A stretch of DNA of 44,480 bases, from contig NC_068982.1 of the NCBI RefSeq assembly GCF_001194135.2, positions 70,545,622-70,590,101 on the forward strand, in the 5' to 3' direction. This document shows positions 1 to 11,389 of the stretch, in pieces. Within the stretch, counting starts at the first letter, position 1. Each line of letters starts with the position of its first letter. Under the pieces are notes generated by a model. That model made no database searches. It was not told the origin of the DNA and saw only the letters and a list, made by a program, of their open reading frames with translations. The translations under genes and the position numbers were made by a program. Origin of the DNA: Octopus bimaculoides (lineage: Eukaryota).

Positions 1-57
<57 letters not shown>

Positions 58-1149
58 TATATATAAATGTGCATATTTGTATATCGATTTTAGCCGTCAA
101 TTCGATTTTATTTTATTTTCTCCATAACGAAATATTTTGACAAAGTTTAATCAGTAGTGTATCAGAATAGGTAAAAATTGAAAAAAATTTCAATAACCCA
201 GTGGAATTATTTATCCGTCTAAACATTCAGACTTTTTATATTTAATCGCAGTTTTCAAAATCACAGACTCTTTATTTTGGTTTATTGAACGCAAAGTCTT
301 TATGTTGTTTCTTTACATCATGAAAACAAGCGAGCCTATAATTTATTTTAAATATACTCTGCACATACTATGTGATGTCCATACATGGCCGAATCGATAC
401 AGCAACGGCATGTTGAGAGTTCGTATCTTGTCACTAATACTGCACAGACTACATGACTGTTGTAACGACGTAGGACCCACTGGCCGGCATAAACCATACC
501 AACTCAGAATAAGGATCAATTTATCTCAGTGCTCTGTTCATTTTCTAGTAGGAAAAGGTGATATTAATGGAAACCCACTCATGTAAACACTTTATTGATA
601 AGTTCTGCATGTTGCACCTCCTAATTGTGTTACATCTCCGTGGCAGACAACGTATATACATAATGCGAATGTCGAAAAACAGGAAAAGGAGAGCAATTAA
701 TAACTTTCAGCAAAAATATTGTAACAGAAAGTAATTCGGTAGATCACGGTTAATTAAAGTAGCAATATAAAACTAATTATATTATATAAGGTTATATCGT
801 TGCTCAAACAAAAATGAACGAAAATTTGGTATTTGGTTGTTAACCAGGTGAAGAACGATTAAAATATAATTGAACAATTCACGATTAGTGATTAGTTAAA
901 CAATAATTGAGGAGCGACATTATGTCAACTTTTAATATTGTCCAAAACAATACTGGGTTCATAAGTTAACGCGGTAGAATGTGGCGATGACTTATAAAAA
1001 ACATTTAATATTCTTTATAGTATATTATGGGTGCATAACAAAATAGCATGTGCTTACAAATCATTAGTTGGTTTCATAAGATTCGAAATTAAAAATCCTT
1101 GAAGTCAGTTTTAAAAAATGACAAGATATTTAAAATCTATGTTTGTTAT

Positions 1150-3990
1150 TTCTCAAGCGAACTAAAAAAAAAGGACCAAGAAGTAAAACAGCCAAACAAC
1201 ATAAGCGATACAATTCAAGTCAAAGAAGAGCCTACAAGAAAAAATAATAGCACTACCAATCATGAAGAGAAAACTGATACCAACGACTTAAGTGATGAAG
1301 ATCAGAAGATTTTAAATGAGGTGAAGGAAATGATAAGTAAAAAAGAAAAAAATGACCAGCATTAAAAGATGTTAATGAAAGGAAGTTGCTAGATATTGCT
1401 AGGAAAGTAGATTCTCTTATCAGTAGGATAGATGCTAAAAATATAGGTAACACTAACTTATTGATCTATGTAGGATGGGTAGTAGTTACTAGGTGATTAA
1501 GTGCACCTCAGGGTAAGAATAAGAAAGAGCAGATGTGGAAAAGGAGATTAGAAAATAAAGTGGAGATTTTAAGACAAGATCTGAGTAGAATAGAAGCCTG
1601 GAAACAAGACAAGTTAGGAAACATAAGATTTAAATCTTCGCCTGAGAGAAAATACTTAAAGAGATAAGATTTGGGATGGAAATGCTGAAACAGTATATCA
1701 TAGCAATAGCAGATAAGCTTTCCAGATATTCGAAAAGAATAGATCAGTATTGACTGAGCAGATTGTTTGAGTCAGACCAGAGGATATTTTATTGCCAAAT
1801 AGTGTATAACAAACTAGTGAAGTCGAGAAGCCTAATGCTGGAGAAACTAGAAAGCTCTGGAGTGATATTTGGTATAACCCAGCTAATCATAATGGAGATT
1901 CAGCATGGTTAAAGAAAGTGAGGAAAGAAGTAGTTACTGAGAAGTAGCCAAATCTAAGACTAACTTGTGCATAAAAGAATAAAGTGTTAGAATGAATGCC
2001 GAATTAGAAGAGCCCACGATCAGATTTAGTTCAATGGTACTGGTTAAAGATATTTAGTAGCTTACATGGGAGAATTGAGGGGAAAACTTCAGGACTGCCT
2101 GAATGGAGGAGTCATACCTAATTGGATGACTAGAGGGAAAATATTACTCATCATGAAAGACAAAAGCAAGGGAAATATAGCTAGTGATAATAGACCAATC
2201 ACTTGCTTATCATTGGTGTGGAGGCTGTTAACAAGAATGTTCTCAGAAAGCATTTATGAGCACCTAAGCAGACAGAATTTACTGCCAGAAGATCAGAAAA
2301 GTTGCAGGAAGAAGGCTAGAGGAATGCGTTATCATCCATACACAAAGAAGTCCCAAAAGAAGTAAAACCTAGAAAGAAAAATTTAACAATAGCATGGATA
2401 GATCATAAGAAAGCCTATGACATGATTCCACACTCATAGATAAGTGAATGTCTGAGAATATTCAGCATTGCAGACGACAAGAGAATTAATTAGCTATAGC
2501 AGGAAGAAATGGAAAATAGACCTCTACTCAAGTGACACAGCCTTAGGGAAAGTTAATATCAAGAAAGGAATTTTCCAGGGAAACCCGTTATCCCTTTTAA
2601 ATGTTTAATCTCCCTCAGTTTAGTATTAAGAAAGGCAAAAGCAGGGTATCAGTTTAGAGGTAATAAAGGAAAGATTAACGATTTGCTCTACATGGATGAT
2701 CTGAAGCTTTTTAGAACGAATAAAAAGAGATAGATTCCTTGATACAAACTGTTATGGAATTTGGCATAGATATTCGTAAGCGTGCAATATTTGTCATTAA
2801 AAAGGGGCAAGTAGTCAGCATTGAAAACATTCAGTTGCCAGATTGCCAGACATTAAAATCACTGGAAGAAAGAGAAAATTATAAGTATCTAGGAATATTA
2901 GAATCTGGCAGAGTACTAAATATAGAAACGAAAGAGAAAATTGAGGAGTACAACAGAAGGGTGAGAAAATCTGAATTAGCAAATCTAGACAGAAGAGCTA
3001 GGAAGGAATTCAGTATGAATGGAGGACTTCATCCAAGGGCAGGAGAAGCAAGATTATATTTATCTAGAAAGAAAGGTGATAGAGGTTTAACATCACTAGA
3101 AGATTGTGGAGTTAGCTAGAGTAGATGTAGCCTCCAATGTAGGTAACAGTGAGGAAATTTTATTAATAGCTGCAAGTAGGGAACCAAATAGTCAAATGTA
3201 GTTAAAAACCAGAAAAAGAAATAAGATTATCTGACTGGCAAGAAAAGGCTTTGCATGATAGATTCCCAAAGATAGTTGCAGAAAATAGTAATAATGAGAC
3301 ATGGTTGTTGTTGCAGAAAGGAAGGCGGAAAAGGGAATACAAGCACAAGTATTGAGGATAAAGGCCAAGATAGGCAAAAATCATGTAGATTCCTCAAAGG
3401 AGGAAGGCGTTACTCATATAGTTAGTGTATGTAGTATGCTGGCACAGAAAGAATATGACAACCTAGGGAGAATAAACCACTGGGAGTTATATAGAAAGCT
3501 AGGATTTGACCATACAGAAAAATGGTACGAACATGAACCTAGTAAAGTGCGAGAAAATAAGAAATATAAGATCTTGTGGGATTTTAACATTCAGACTGAC
3601 AGAGTAATAGAAGCTAGACGGCCTGATTTAGTAATAGTAGCAAAAAGAGAATAAAAGTGCCAGGTAATCGACTTTACAGTCCCAAATGATGATGAAAGTC
3701 AATATTAGAGGTATAGAGAAAATAGCCAAGTATCAGAACCTAGCCATTAAGTTACAGAGGTTATGGAAAGTGCAAGTAAAATGTATCCCAGTAGTTATAG
3801 GTGAATTAGGGACTATCCCTAAAGATTTGAAAAGATAGATAGTGGAAATAGGCATAAAACCTAGTTTAGTGCAGCTCCAAAACACAGTGTTATTAGGGAT
3901 ACTTAGGAAGGATACTTAGGAAGGTTCTTGGCATCTAAGCTTACTTGTTGCAGTTCGATGTTGGGAATTTTTTTTCTAACAGTTTAATCT
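1150..3990 (+). mobile_element. Decayed, near full-length non-LTR retrotransposon with RT and restriction-like endonuclease, R4/Dong clade
   Basis: Frameshifted translation gives MWKRRLENKVEILRQDLSRI (~1535-1595), NRPITCLSLVWRLLT, DHKKAYD (2401-2421), GIFQGNPLS (~2568-2595), YMDDLK (2689-2706), YKYLGILE, GGLHP..RLYLSRKKGDRGL, THIVSVCSMLAQKEY (CCHC relic) and the RLE motifs KILWDFNIQTDRVIEARRPDLVIV..CQVIDFTVPND..EKIAKYQNLA. Stop at ~3938, short 3' UTR, many stops and indels. Confidence 0.93.
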
Positions 3991-4080
3991 GATGTGCGTA
4001 CATGAAATAATAATCCATCTATCTATCTACCTGTCTGTCTGTCTGTTTATTTATCCGTCTGACGTCTGTCTGACTGTCGG

Positions 4081-4159
<79 letters not shown>

Positions 4160-4199
4160 GTTTATCTTTCTAGTGCTTTCTCTGTCTACCGACTTATCT

Positions 4200-4400
4200 A
4201 ATGTTTTCTCTTATTACTTGTCCCTCCACTATATAAGAAAAACAGAAATCGATCATCTTTAATTTTAATTTCAACTCTTAAATGACTTCACTTGGACTAA
4301 CTTCAGAATTTTGAGTTAAGTTGTGCTGATGAGCCTTAACGAAGGCGAAATGGAACCATACACGACAATTCTGTTAATAATAAATGAATCGTATTAAAAA
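4200..4400 (+). mobile_element. Probable solo terminal repeat of a Penelope-like or retrozyme-like element carrying a hammerhead
   Basis: TATATAAG at ~4230, hammerhead at 4304-4373, AATAAA at ~4379. This order resembles PLE pseudo-LTRs. No RT ORF is adjacent, so the assignment is inferred. Confidence 0.45.
4304..4373 (+). ncRNA. Type I hammerhead ribozyme
   Basis: Core CUGAUGA 4326-4332; stem II GCCUU/AAGGC 4333-4346; GAAA 4347-4350; stem III AUGG/CCAU; AUA cleavage triplet 4358-4360; stem I GUUGUG/CACGAC plus distal CAGAAUU/AAUUCUG. Confidence 0.88.
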
Positions 4401-5439
4401 AAAATATGTATGCTCTTTCCTCTCTCTCTCCATTTTTCACCCTCCGATAAGAATTTCTCAGCAGAAAACAAAAGGAAAAAACTTAGAATTTTCTCCCGTT
4501 AAGCACATACATTCTCTCTTCCACACACTCTCTTTCTCCCTCTCTCTCTATCTCTATCTCTCCTTCTCTCACCCCTTTCTATCCCTCATTTTCCTTCTCA
4601 CTTTCACTCTCACTCTCCCCCTCTCTTTCTTCCCTCTCTTTCTTCCCTCTCTTTCTTCCCTCTCTTTCTTCCCTCTCTTTCTTTCTTCCCTCTCTTCTTC
4701 TCCCCCTCCCCCTCTCTTTCTCATTGCCATTAGGAAGCAGCCTCTCGCGAACAGAACACGTCCATTTATCTACTTTTCTTTCATTGTTTGCATCCATTTA
4801 ACTTTCTATCATTGTATATTCTTCTGCTCATTCTTTCCTGGTTGTGTCTATCCATTTATCTCTTTTAAGTATTTATTGTAAGCTACATTGGACCCATGAG
4901 AGTTACCTGTGGAGAAGAATTGATTGTGTCATAGTGCTTCACCGTTGAACACTTGTCAAATAAAATAAAACCACGAAATTCGTAATAAGTCATTAATTTC
5001 TTTTCCTGATTGTTTTCAATGAAAGATTGTTTTTACGGTGTCGTAATTTACCTAATCATTAAGTTTTGATCATAAAGCATAAAATATAACGAATGAAGAC
5101 GTATTGGAACAACAAACACTTTATAATAATATAATCGATTCATGGCTTTAAGGATTGATTGAAAAATAAAATCAAACAAGAATCTTTTTCTACAAAAATA
5201 TAAATAATACAAACATCAACAACGTTTCCAACAAGATGTGAGAATAATAAACTAAATGATCTGTTACGTTTTAACTGTTTCGCTAGAAATATAGTTATAT
5301 AGTTTAATGTAAGCGAAAAAACTATATAAAGGTAATCCGGTACAAATTTACTATTAATATTGTTCAGAATTTATGCTTTTTATGTGACCAATAATGAATG
5401 TTAGAGCTAGCTATTGAAGTGACAAAACATCTTGAATAG

Positions 5440-5665
5440 TCAACGTCACGCAATTGATTATCAATAAAATAAAGAGTAAAATGGCTGACGCCGTAGTATA
5501 CTAGGCTAAACACCTTACATTATTCAGTGTCGACCATCTGTGATCTGAGATCTAATCTCAGAGGAAGTGACGTTTATTTTCATAGCTCTAAGGTATACAA
5601 AATAAGATCCAGTGAATGTCGTCAAGATGTAGTGGAAACGTAATCTCACAATGAGCTTAGTAAGT
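5440..5665 (+). promoter_or_regulatory. Candidate promoter or first-exon island
   Basis: CRE-like AACGTCAC 5442, AAAATGGCTGAC 5478, ETS-CRE-like GGAAGTGACGT 5563-5573, perfect donor GTAAGT 5660-5665 after ATG AGC TTA. Motif evidence only. Confidence 0.25.
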
Positions 5666-5929
5666 CGGTTTCAATCGTCAAGTGAAGCCATTGTAGTTTT
5701 TATCACTCTACTTAATTGTATCGATAATTTCATGACTTCATGAACATCGTAGCATATAGTTTTCTCATACAAATCTCGTACGAAGTTCAAAATATAAATA
5801 AAATACAAGATATTATGAGGAGCTTCATTAAGCAGACATAAGCATTCCTTGGCAGGTCAACAATGTAGTCTAACTTGAATTTCCGTTCCAGATCTTGATA
5901 TCTTGATACTAGACTGACGATCGGTTGAA

Positions 5930-6075
5930 AGAGTGGTTAGAGAATGAGGAAATATGCTTTTGGTTTTGTCTGTATGGTATTCGTTCCGAATCATTGCCTT
6001 CTGAGTTCAAATTCCACCTTGACTATCTTTGCTCTTGATTCTTTCGGGGATCAATAAATAAAGCACCAGTCGAGT
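5930..6075 (+). mobile_element. Degenerate tRNA-derived SINE (family A)
   Basis: B box GAGTTCAAATTCC followed by a degenerate CTTTCGGGG.TCAATAAATAAAGCACCAG body. Confidence 0.7.
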
Positions 6076-6173
6076 TTCTTCTTCTTCTTCTTCTTCTTCT
6101 TCTTCTTCTTCTTCTTCTTCTTCTTCTTCTTCTTCTTCTTCTTCTTCTTCTTCTTCTTCTTCTTCTTCTTCTT
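6076..6173. repeat. (TTC)n microsatellite
   Basis: Perfect tandem TTC array. Confidence 0.98.
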
Positions 6174-6659
6174 GAAGAGATCGGCTATGTACAAACCCGG
6201 TGAGAAGTGGGCACTACAAACTCGGAGAGAAGCATCCCTACCACACCATCAGGAGTTGAACTCCCTCACCACCTCCACATCAGCTATTTTATGTAATTTT
6301 GGAGAAGATATAAACATTACAATACCCCATCCCAAAGAAACAAACGTTACTGAAGTGGGGTAAACCTTCCACAAAATCATATTTGTAACAATCATTGACT
6401 GTTGTTCTACCGGAGAGGTAGCGCTGCTGTACTATAACATAATACCTCTCAAACTTTTTTTAATTTCACCCTTTTTCTTTTACTAACACTTTTACAACGC
6501 TCCCTTGCTATGACTCAGAGCCCCTTTCTCCAATGTTTAATGTACATACACGTAATATCAAGCCAGAATAATAAAGTCCCGGGGTACTAGTTTGACCAAA
6601 TTACTATTTACCGCTACACCGCATAACTGTAAGAGAATAGTATAGGTGGTTTAATATTG

Positions 6660-6872
6660 ATTTCAAATTTTGGCAGAAGGCCAGCAATTTCGGGAGAAGA
6701 GTTAGTCGATAACATTGACCTCACTATTCAACTGGTACTTATTTTATCGCCTCCGAAAGGATGAAAGGCAAAGTCGATCTCGGCGGAATTTGAACTCGGA
6801 ACGTGAAAACAGACAAAATGCCGCTAAGCATTTTGCCCGGTGTGATAATGATTCTACCAGATCGCCGCGTTA
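6660..6872 (-). mobile_element. tRNA-derived SINE family A with degenerate ~20-bp TSD
   Basis: Reverse strand has A/B boxes and the GCCTTTCATCCTT..GATAAAATAAGTACCAG body. Flanks are TATAGGTGGTTTAATATTGATTT and TACAGGTGGTATATTGACTTT. Confidence 0.9.
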
Positions 6873-7304
6873 CAGGTGGTATATATTGACTTTACTTATT
6901 TACTTATCCACGATTTTAATTTTCTTGATGTCGTCGTTATTATTGTTGCCGTTGTTGATGTGATTGCACTTACAAAACAATTTATCATTTTATTACATTT
7001 TAAAAAGCATTTAGAAGGTAATTTCTAAATAAGAGATGGACTAAAAAAACCAGTACAGATGTAACTATCTCACCACCCTCACTGACCCCTTTGCTCCCAT
7101 TACCCATATAAAATTTTCCACTGCCATCTCCCAGAAGGACAATACTTTCCACCTCTAGAATCATTACTCTAAATCTGGTTTAATATTTACCTATAAATCT
7201 GACGACATGAGCCTTTCTACGGAATCAGTAAAGCTACTAAAATAAAAAAAAAATTAGCTGATTCAAAATATATTTTTTGTTTGTTTTGCATTATTTTCTT
7301 TGTT

Positions 7305-8070
7305 TTCTCCAAGCGGCTGCTTCATGAATCTCTATCAACTATTAGCTTTAGTAGTTCCTCAATTTCATGCCGTGTGTCTCTGCCAATAACATCAAATGTA
7401 GTTGAGTGGTCATTGATCCCTATTAGGGCCTGGAAATCTCGAAAATATAACATCTGATATGGCTTGGTGTTCAGCACGATAGCATTGGTCAGTAAATCCT
7501 ACCTTCCGTAGAGTAAACAATACTAAAGACGGTTTGGAACATATTTATAATCTTCTCTCGTGGAGGCGCAATGGCCCAGTGGTTAGGGCAGCGGNNNNNN
7601 NNNNGTTGTGAGTATTTATTGAGCGAAAACACCTAAAGCTCCACAAAGCTCCGGCAGGGGATGGTGGCGAACCCTGTTGTATTCTTTCACCACAACTTTC
7701 TCTCACTCTTACTTCCTGTTTCTGTTGTGCCTGTAATTCAAAGGGTCAGCCTTGTCACACTGTGTCACGCTGAATATCCCCGAGAACTACGTTAAGGGGA
7801 CACGTGTCTGTGGAGTGCTCAGCCACTTGCACATTAATTTCACGAGCAAGCTGTTCCGTTGATCGGATCAACTGGAACCCTCGACGTCGTAAGCGACGGA
7901 GTGCCAACAATAATCTTCTCTTAGGTTATGTGCTTACAATATGAAATGTTTTAAGCCCTCAGGAGAAGCCTAGTGCACACACCATCGAGGTGATCTTGAA
8001 GCTTCTTCTTCATAGTCCGGCTTTCGCTTCCAGGGAGTAGGATGCTCTCGATATATTCCCCACAAAATGG
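7305..8070 (-). mobile_element. Old RTE-clade LINE 3' relic, split by a SINE insertion
   Basis: Minus-strand translation with frameshifts gives ESILL..SESRTMKKKLQDHLDGVCTRLLLRA*NISYCKHIT, matching the RTE C-terminal pattern ESxLLYGxExWTLTKxLExxLDGxYTRMLRxALNVSW. Confidence 0.65.
7559..7909 (+). mobile_element. Young tRNA-derived SINE (family C) with 12-bp TSD; B-box region hidden by a 10-N gap
   Basis: Head GTGGAGGCGCAATGGCCCAGTGGTTAGGGCAGCGG. Perfect TSD ATAATCTTCTCT at 7547-7558 and 7910-7921. Confidence 0.9.
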
Positions 8071-8689
8071 ATTATATGAGAATATGGAAATATTATTTCA
8101 TAGGTTCTTTCACTCATAGACGAAAAAAAAAGACCTCTTATGATAAGGAAAGCAAAAACCATTTTTTTTTTTTCATTCGTATTTTTTCTTCTGTTCTGAT
8201 ATATGAAACATGAATATTTGAGGAAATTCAGTTGCTGTGTGACAAATTAAGAACTATATATATGTTGCTGGATTATTTCTATTTTCATTTTTAATTCATC
8301 AGAGATAGACGGCACAGCTTTAACTGGTCAAACTGATGCAATAGGTTCCCGGCCTGAACGTCGGTATATTCCGAACAAAAAAAGAAAAAAAAATTGATTG
8401 GGAAAACATCGCAAAGTTATCAGAGGGACATAAAAACGCTCAACTTAAACTACAAAAACGCAAACACACTTATACACACACATACACACACACTATCGGC
8501 CTTCAGCACAGTTTCCGTCTACTAAATTCCACCAACAAGGTATTATTCAAAGCAAGGCTACAGTAAAACACATTTACCGATTTCTCATCCATATCCTTAT
8601 TTTTTTTTTATCTGGTTTTAGTTCAATTGTGCTCTGAAATATATTAAAACATTTTAAGTGATTAATTCTAATTATCATCACTGCATACG

Positions 8690-8698
8690 TAAGCACAC

Positions 8699-8730
<32 letters not shown>

Positions 8731-8796
8731 TTCATATACATATACAAACACACTCACACACATATACATACATGCATACATACATACATACATGCA

Positions 8797-8832
<36 letters not shown>

Positions 8833-8856
8833 CACACACACACACACATATATATC

Positions 8857-8888
<32 letters not shown>

Positions 8889-9900
8889 ATTTCAATGTGT
8901 GAACGTATGTGTAGATGTGTGTATATATCACCTACACATTTAAAAAATTTAATTATGTAAATCAACAGTGCGGACATGACCAACACAATTTAAATGTTTA
9001 GGTCGGAATGTTTACCAATAGTTTCGCTCTTTGTTTTTTCTTTCCCCTTTCACTTTACGAATGTGTTTGTGCAACTATCAGTGTACGTACGTATGAATGT
9101 ATGTATGTGTCACCGTGCGCGTGTGTATGTGTATATGTACGTGGGTATCCATTAACCAATTGGTATTTTTAAAAGAAAATTGTTGATGGCAGCAGATGCA
9201 TTAATGGCATGAACTTATATTTATTTGTTTATTTATTTGGTAAACCTAAGTTTATTGTTATTATTATTATCACTATTATTATTATTATAATTATTACTAT
9301 TATTATTATCATCATTATTATTGTTTCAATGCAGTATTAGCATTGACCGTAGATGCGCTGGAATTTTTAATCAGCGCAACGTTTTGTAACAACACACCGT
9401 TTATGTCTATGTCACGAGCATTGTTTGTGTTATGCTCGATATTCTGAATCATATACATACATACATACATATATGTGTGCATGAGTGTGTATACACACAT
9501 ATATGCATATACGTATATGTACATGAACATATATACGTATATGTATATATATGTAAATAACTAATATATATAATATACATACACACATGAATGTATGCAT
9601 GTATGTATGTATGTATGTATTATGTTTATATGTATATATGTGTATGTATGTTGGTATGTATGTATGTGTGTATATGCATGCTTGTATGTGTCTACTTACA
9701 TAAATGAACGTATACATATAAATATATTTGTATGTGTATGTAAGTGTGCATGCGTATTAATATGTATGCATAAGCACACATATGCATACATACAAATATG
9801 TACATATATGTGCGTGCGTGTGTACACACACACACACACACACATGCGCGCGCGCACGAACGCACGCACGTACGCATGCACACATGCATACAGTGTATCC
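8690..9900. repeat. Compound CA/TACA/TA/TTA microsatellite region
   Basis: Several imperfect SSR tracts, which explain the H/T/Y/C/V-rich ORFs in the track. Confidence 0.9.
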
Positions 9901-10006
9901 GAACCGTCAATAATAATTAAGAGTATTGAATACAATGAAAATATATGCGATTTCTTAATGGCCGTTGCAAACGTTGGAATAATAGAAATAGTTTTTTTTG
10001 TTTTTA

Positions 10007-10345
10007 CTTGTTTCAGTCATTTGACCGCAGCCATGCTGGACCACCACCTTAAAGGGATTTAGTCGAAGAAATCGACCCCAGGGCTTATTCTAGCGATCTG
10101 TTTTTCCGAACTGGATGTAAACACGAGGATGTAAACACACCAACATCGGTTGTCAAGTGATGCTGGGGGAACAAACACAGACACAAAGGCACACACATAA
10201 ATATATATACATAGGCTTCTTTCAGTTCCTGTCGATCAAATCCACGCACAATGCTTTGGTCGGCTCGAGGCTATAGTAGAAAACACTTGTCCAAGGTGCT
10301 ACGCAGTGGGACTGAAAACGGGACCATGTGGTTGTGAAAGCAATC
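10007..10345 (-). mobile_element. tRNA-derived SINE family B (CORE-like segment, internal CA/TA tract)
   Basis: Reverse strand reads CCACATGGTCCCG.TTTCAGTCCCACTGCGTAGCACCTTGGACAAGTGTTT...; homologous copies lie at 31421, 37038 and 38143. Confidence 0.88.
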
Positions 10346-10599
10346 CTATGTCTGACTCATTTTTGTTTTAATTATACAAATTGGGCCATTAATGTCATCA
10401 ACTCTTTTTGTTAATGTCTAATCCTTATCTCTAGTTGGGACGGATGTAAAACAATTGCTGTGCTGATGACATCTGTTGAGGCAGAAGCGCGTGTATTGTT
10501 TCCTTAATGGCAAGTTGATCGCAGATTATTGTTGGTTCCTTGAAAATATCTCCTCTTCTCATTCTAAGTGGCTCACAACGGCCGCTTGGTGTATATTTA

Positions 10600-10745
10600 A
10601 ATCAGCCTTAGTATTTTACTGGTATTTCATTTTATCAACCTCAAAAAGATAAAAGCCGAAGTTGTTAACAGGGGGGATTTGATCTCAGAACATAAAGAGC
10701 TGTAACTAAATACTGCACAGCATCTTATCGAACGCCATATTTAAA
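10600..10745 (-). mobile_element. Degenerate SINE family A
   Basis: ACTGGTATTTCATTTTATCAACCTCAAAAAGATAAAAG..GGATTTGATCTCAGAAC aligns by eye to the family A reverse strand. Confidence 0.65.
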
Positions 10746-10950
10746 TTAAAATCAAAATTAATTTTAAGAAAGCCTAACTATGAGAGAAATAAAAATGTAA
10801 ACACGTTTCTTTTTTACCTCTGATATCCAGAAAGAAAGGAAAAGGCTCCCGAGAGGCCACGAAACAAACACCTTAGAGGTCCGACAAGATATTCACCTTG
10901 TCCCGTCATTTTATTACACGCACGTCAAAAGCATAGAAAAATTGTTTTAT

Positions 10951-11130
10951 ATGTTTCAGTCATTGGACTGCGGCTAAACTGGGGCATGCTTTGAAGGGTT
11001 CCGTCGAAGAAATCGATCCCACCATGTATGTATGTATGTATGTATGTATGTATGTATGTATGTATGTATGGCTTTCGTTAATCAAATCAACTGACTAGGC
11101 TTTGGTCGGTACGGAGCTATAGTAGAAGTA
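10951..11130 (-). mobile_element. Internally deleted SINE family B with (TATG)n
   Basis: TTTCAGTCATTGGACTGCGGC...GCTTTGGTCGG..GCTATAGTAGAAG, as in the copy at 10007. Confidence 0.75.
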
Positions 11131-11292
11131 GAAGTAAAAGACTAGTTGGTCGCATCGTCCCAGTATTTATTTTAAACCTGGTACTCATCGATCTCTGCTG
11201 TATCCAACCCTATTCTGTATCGTTTCGGCTCTCACTGTTATATTGAGATCTTAATTTTGGCGTTTTCACATCACACACACACACACACACAC

Positions 11293-11343
<51 letters not shown>

Positions 11344-11389
11344 ATTTCTCTCTCTATCACTCACTCACTCATATATACATGTATACATA

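Noticed and set aside
4384-4881. 165-aa hydrophobic ORF
   Set aside because: It is a translation of a CT-rich microsatellite.
6172-6363. 63-aa ORF after (TTC)n with possible AG/GT borders
   Set aside because: The pyrimidine tract is just the microsatellite, the donor is weak and the peptide is unrecognised.
7189-7255. 46-nt minus-strand exon-like unit (7236-7191) with strong acceptor and donor
   Set aside because: All three frames contain a stop, and the poly-T tract could be incidental. Only RNA data could rescue it as a non-coding exon.
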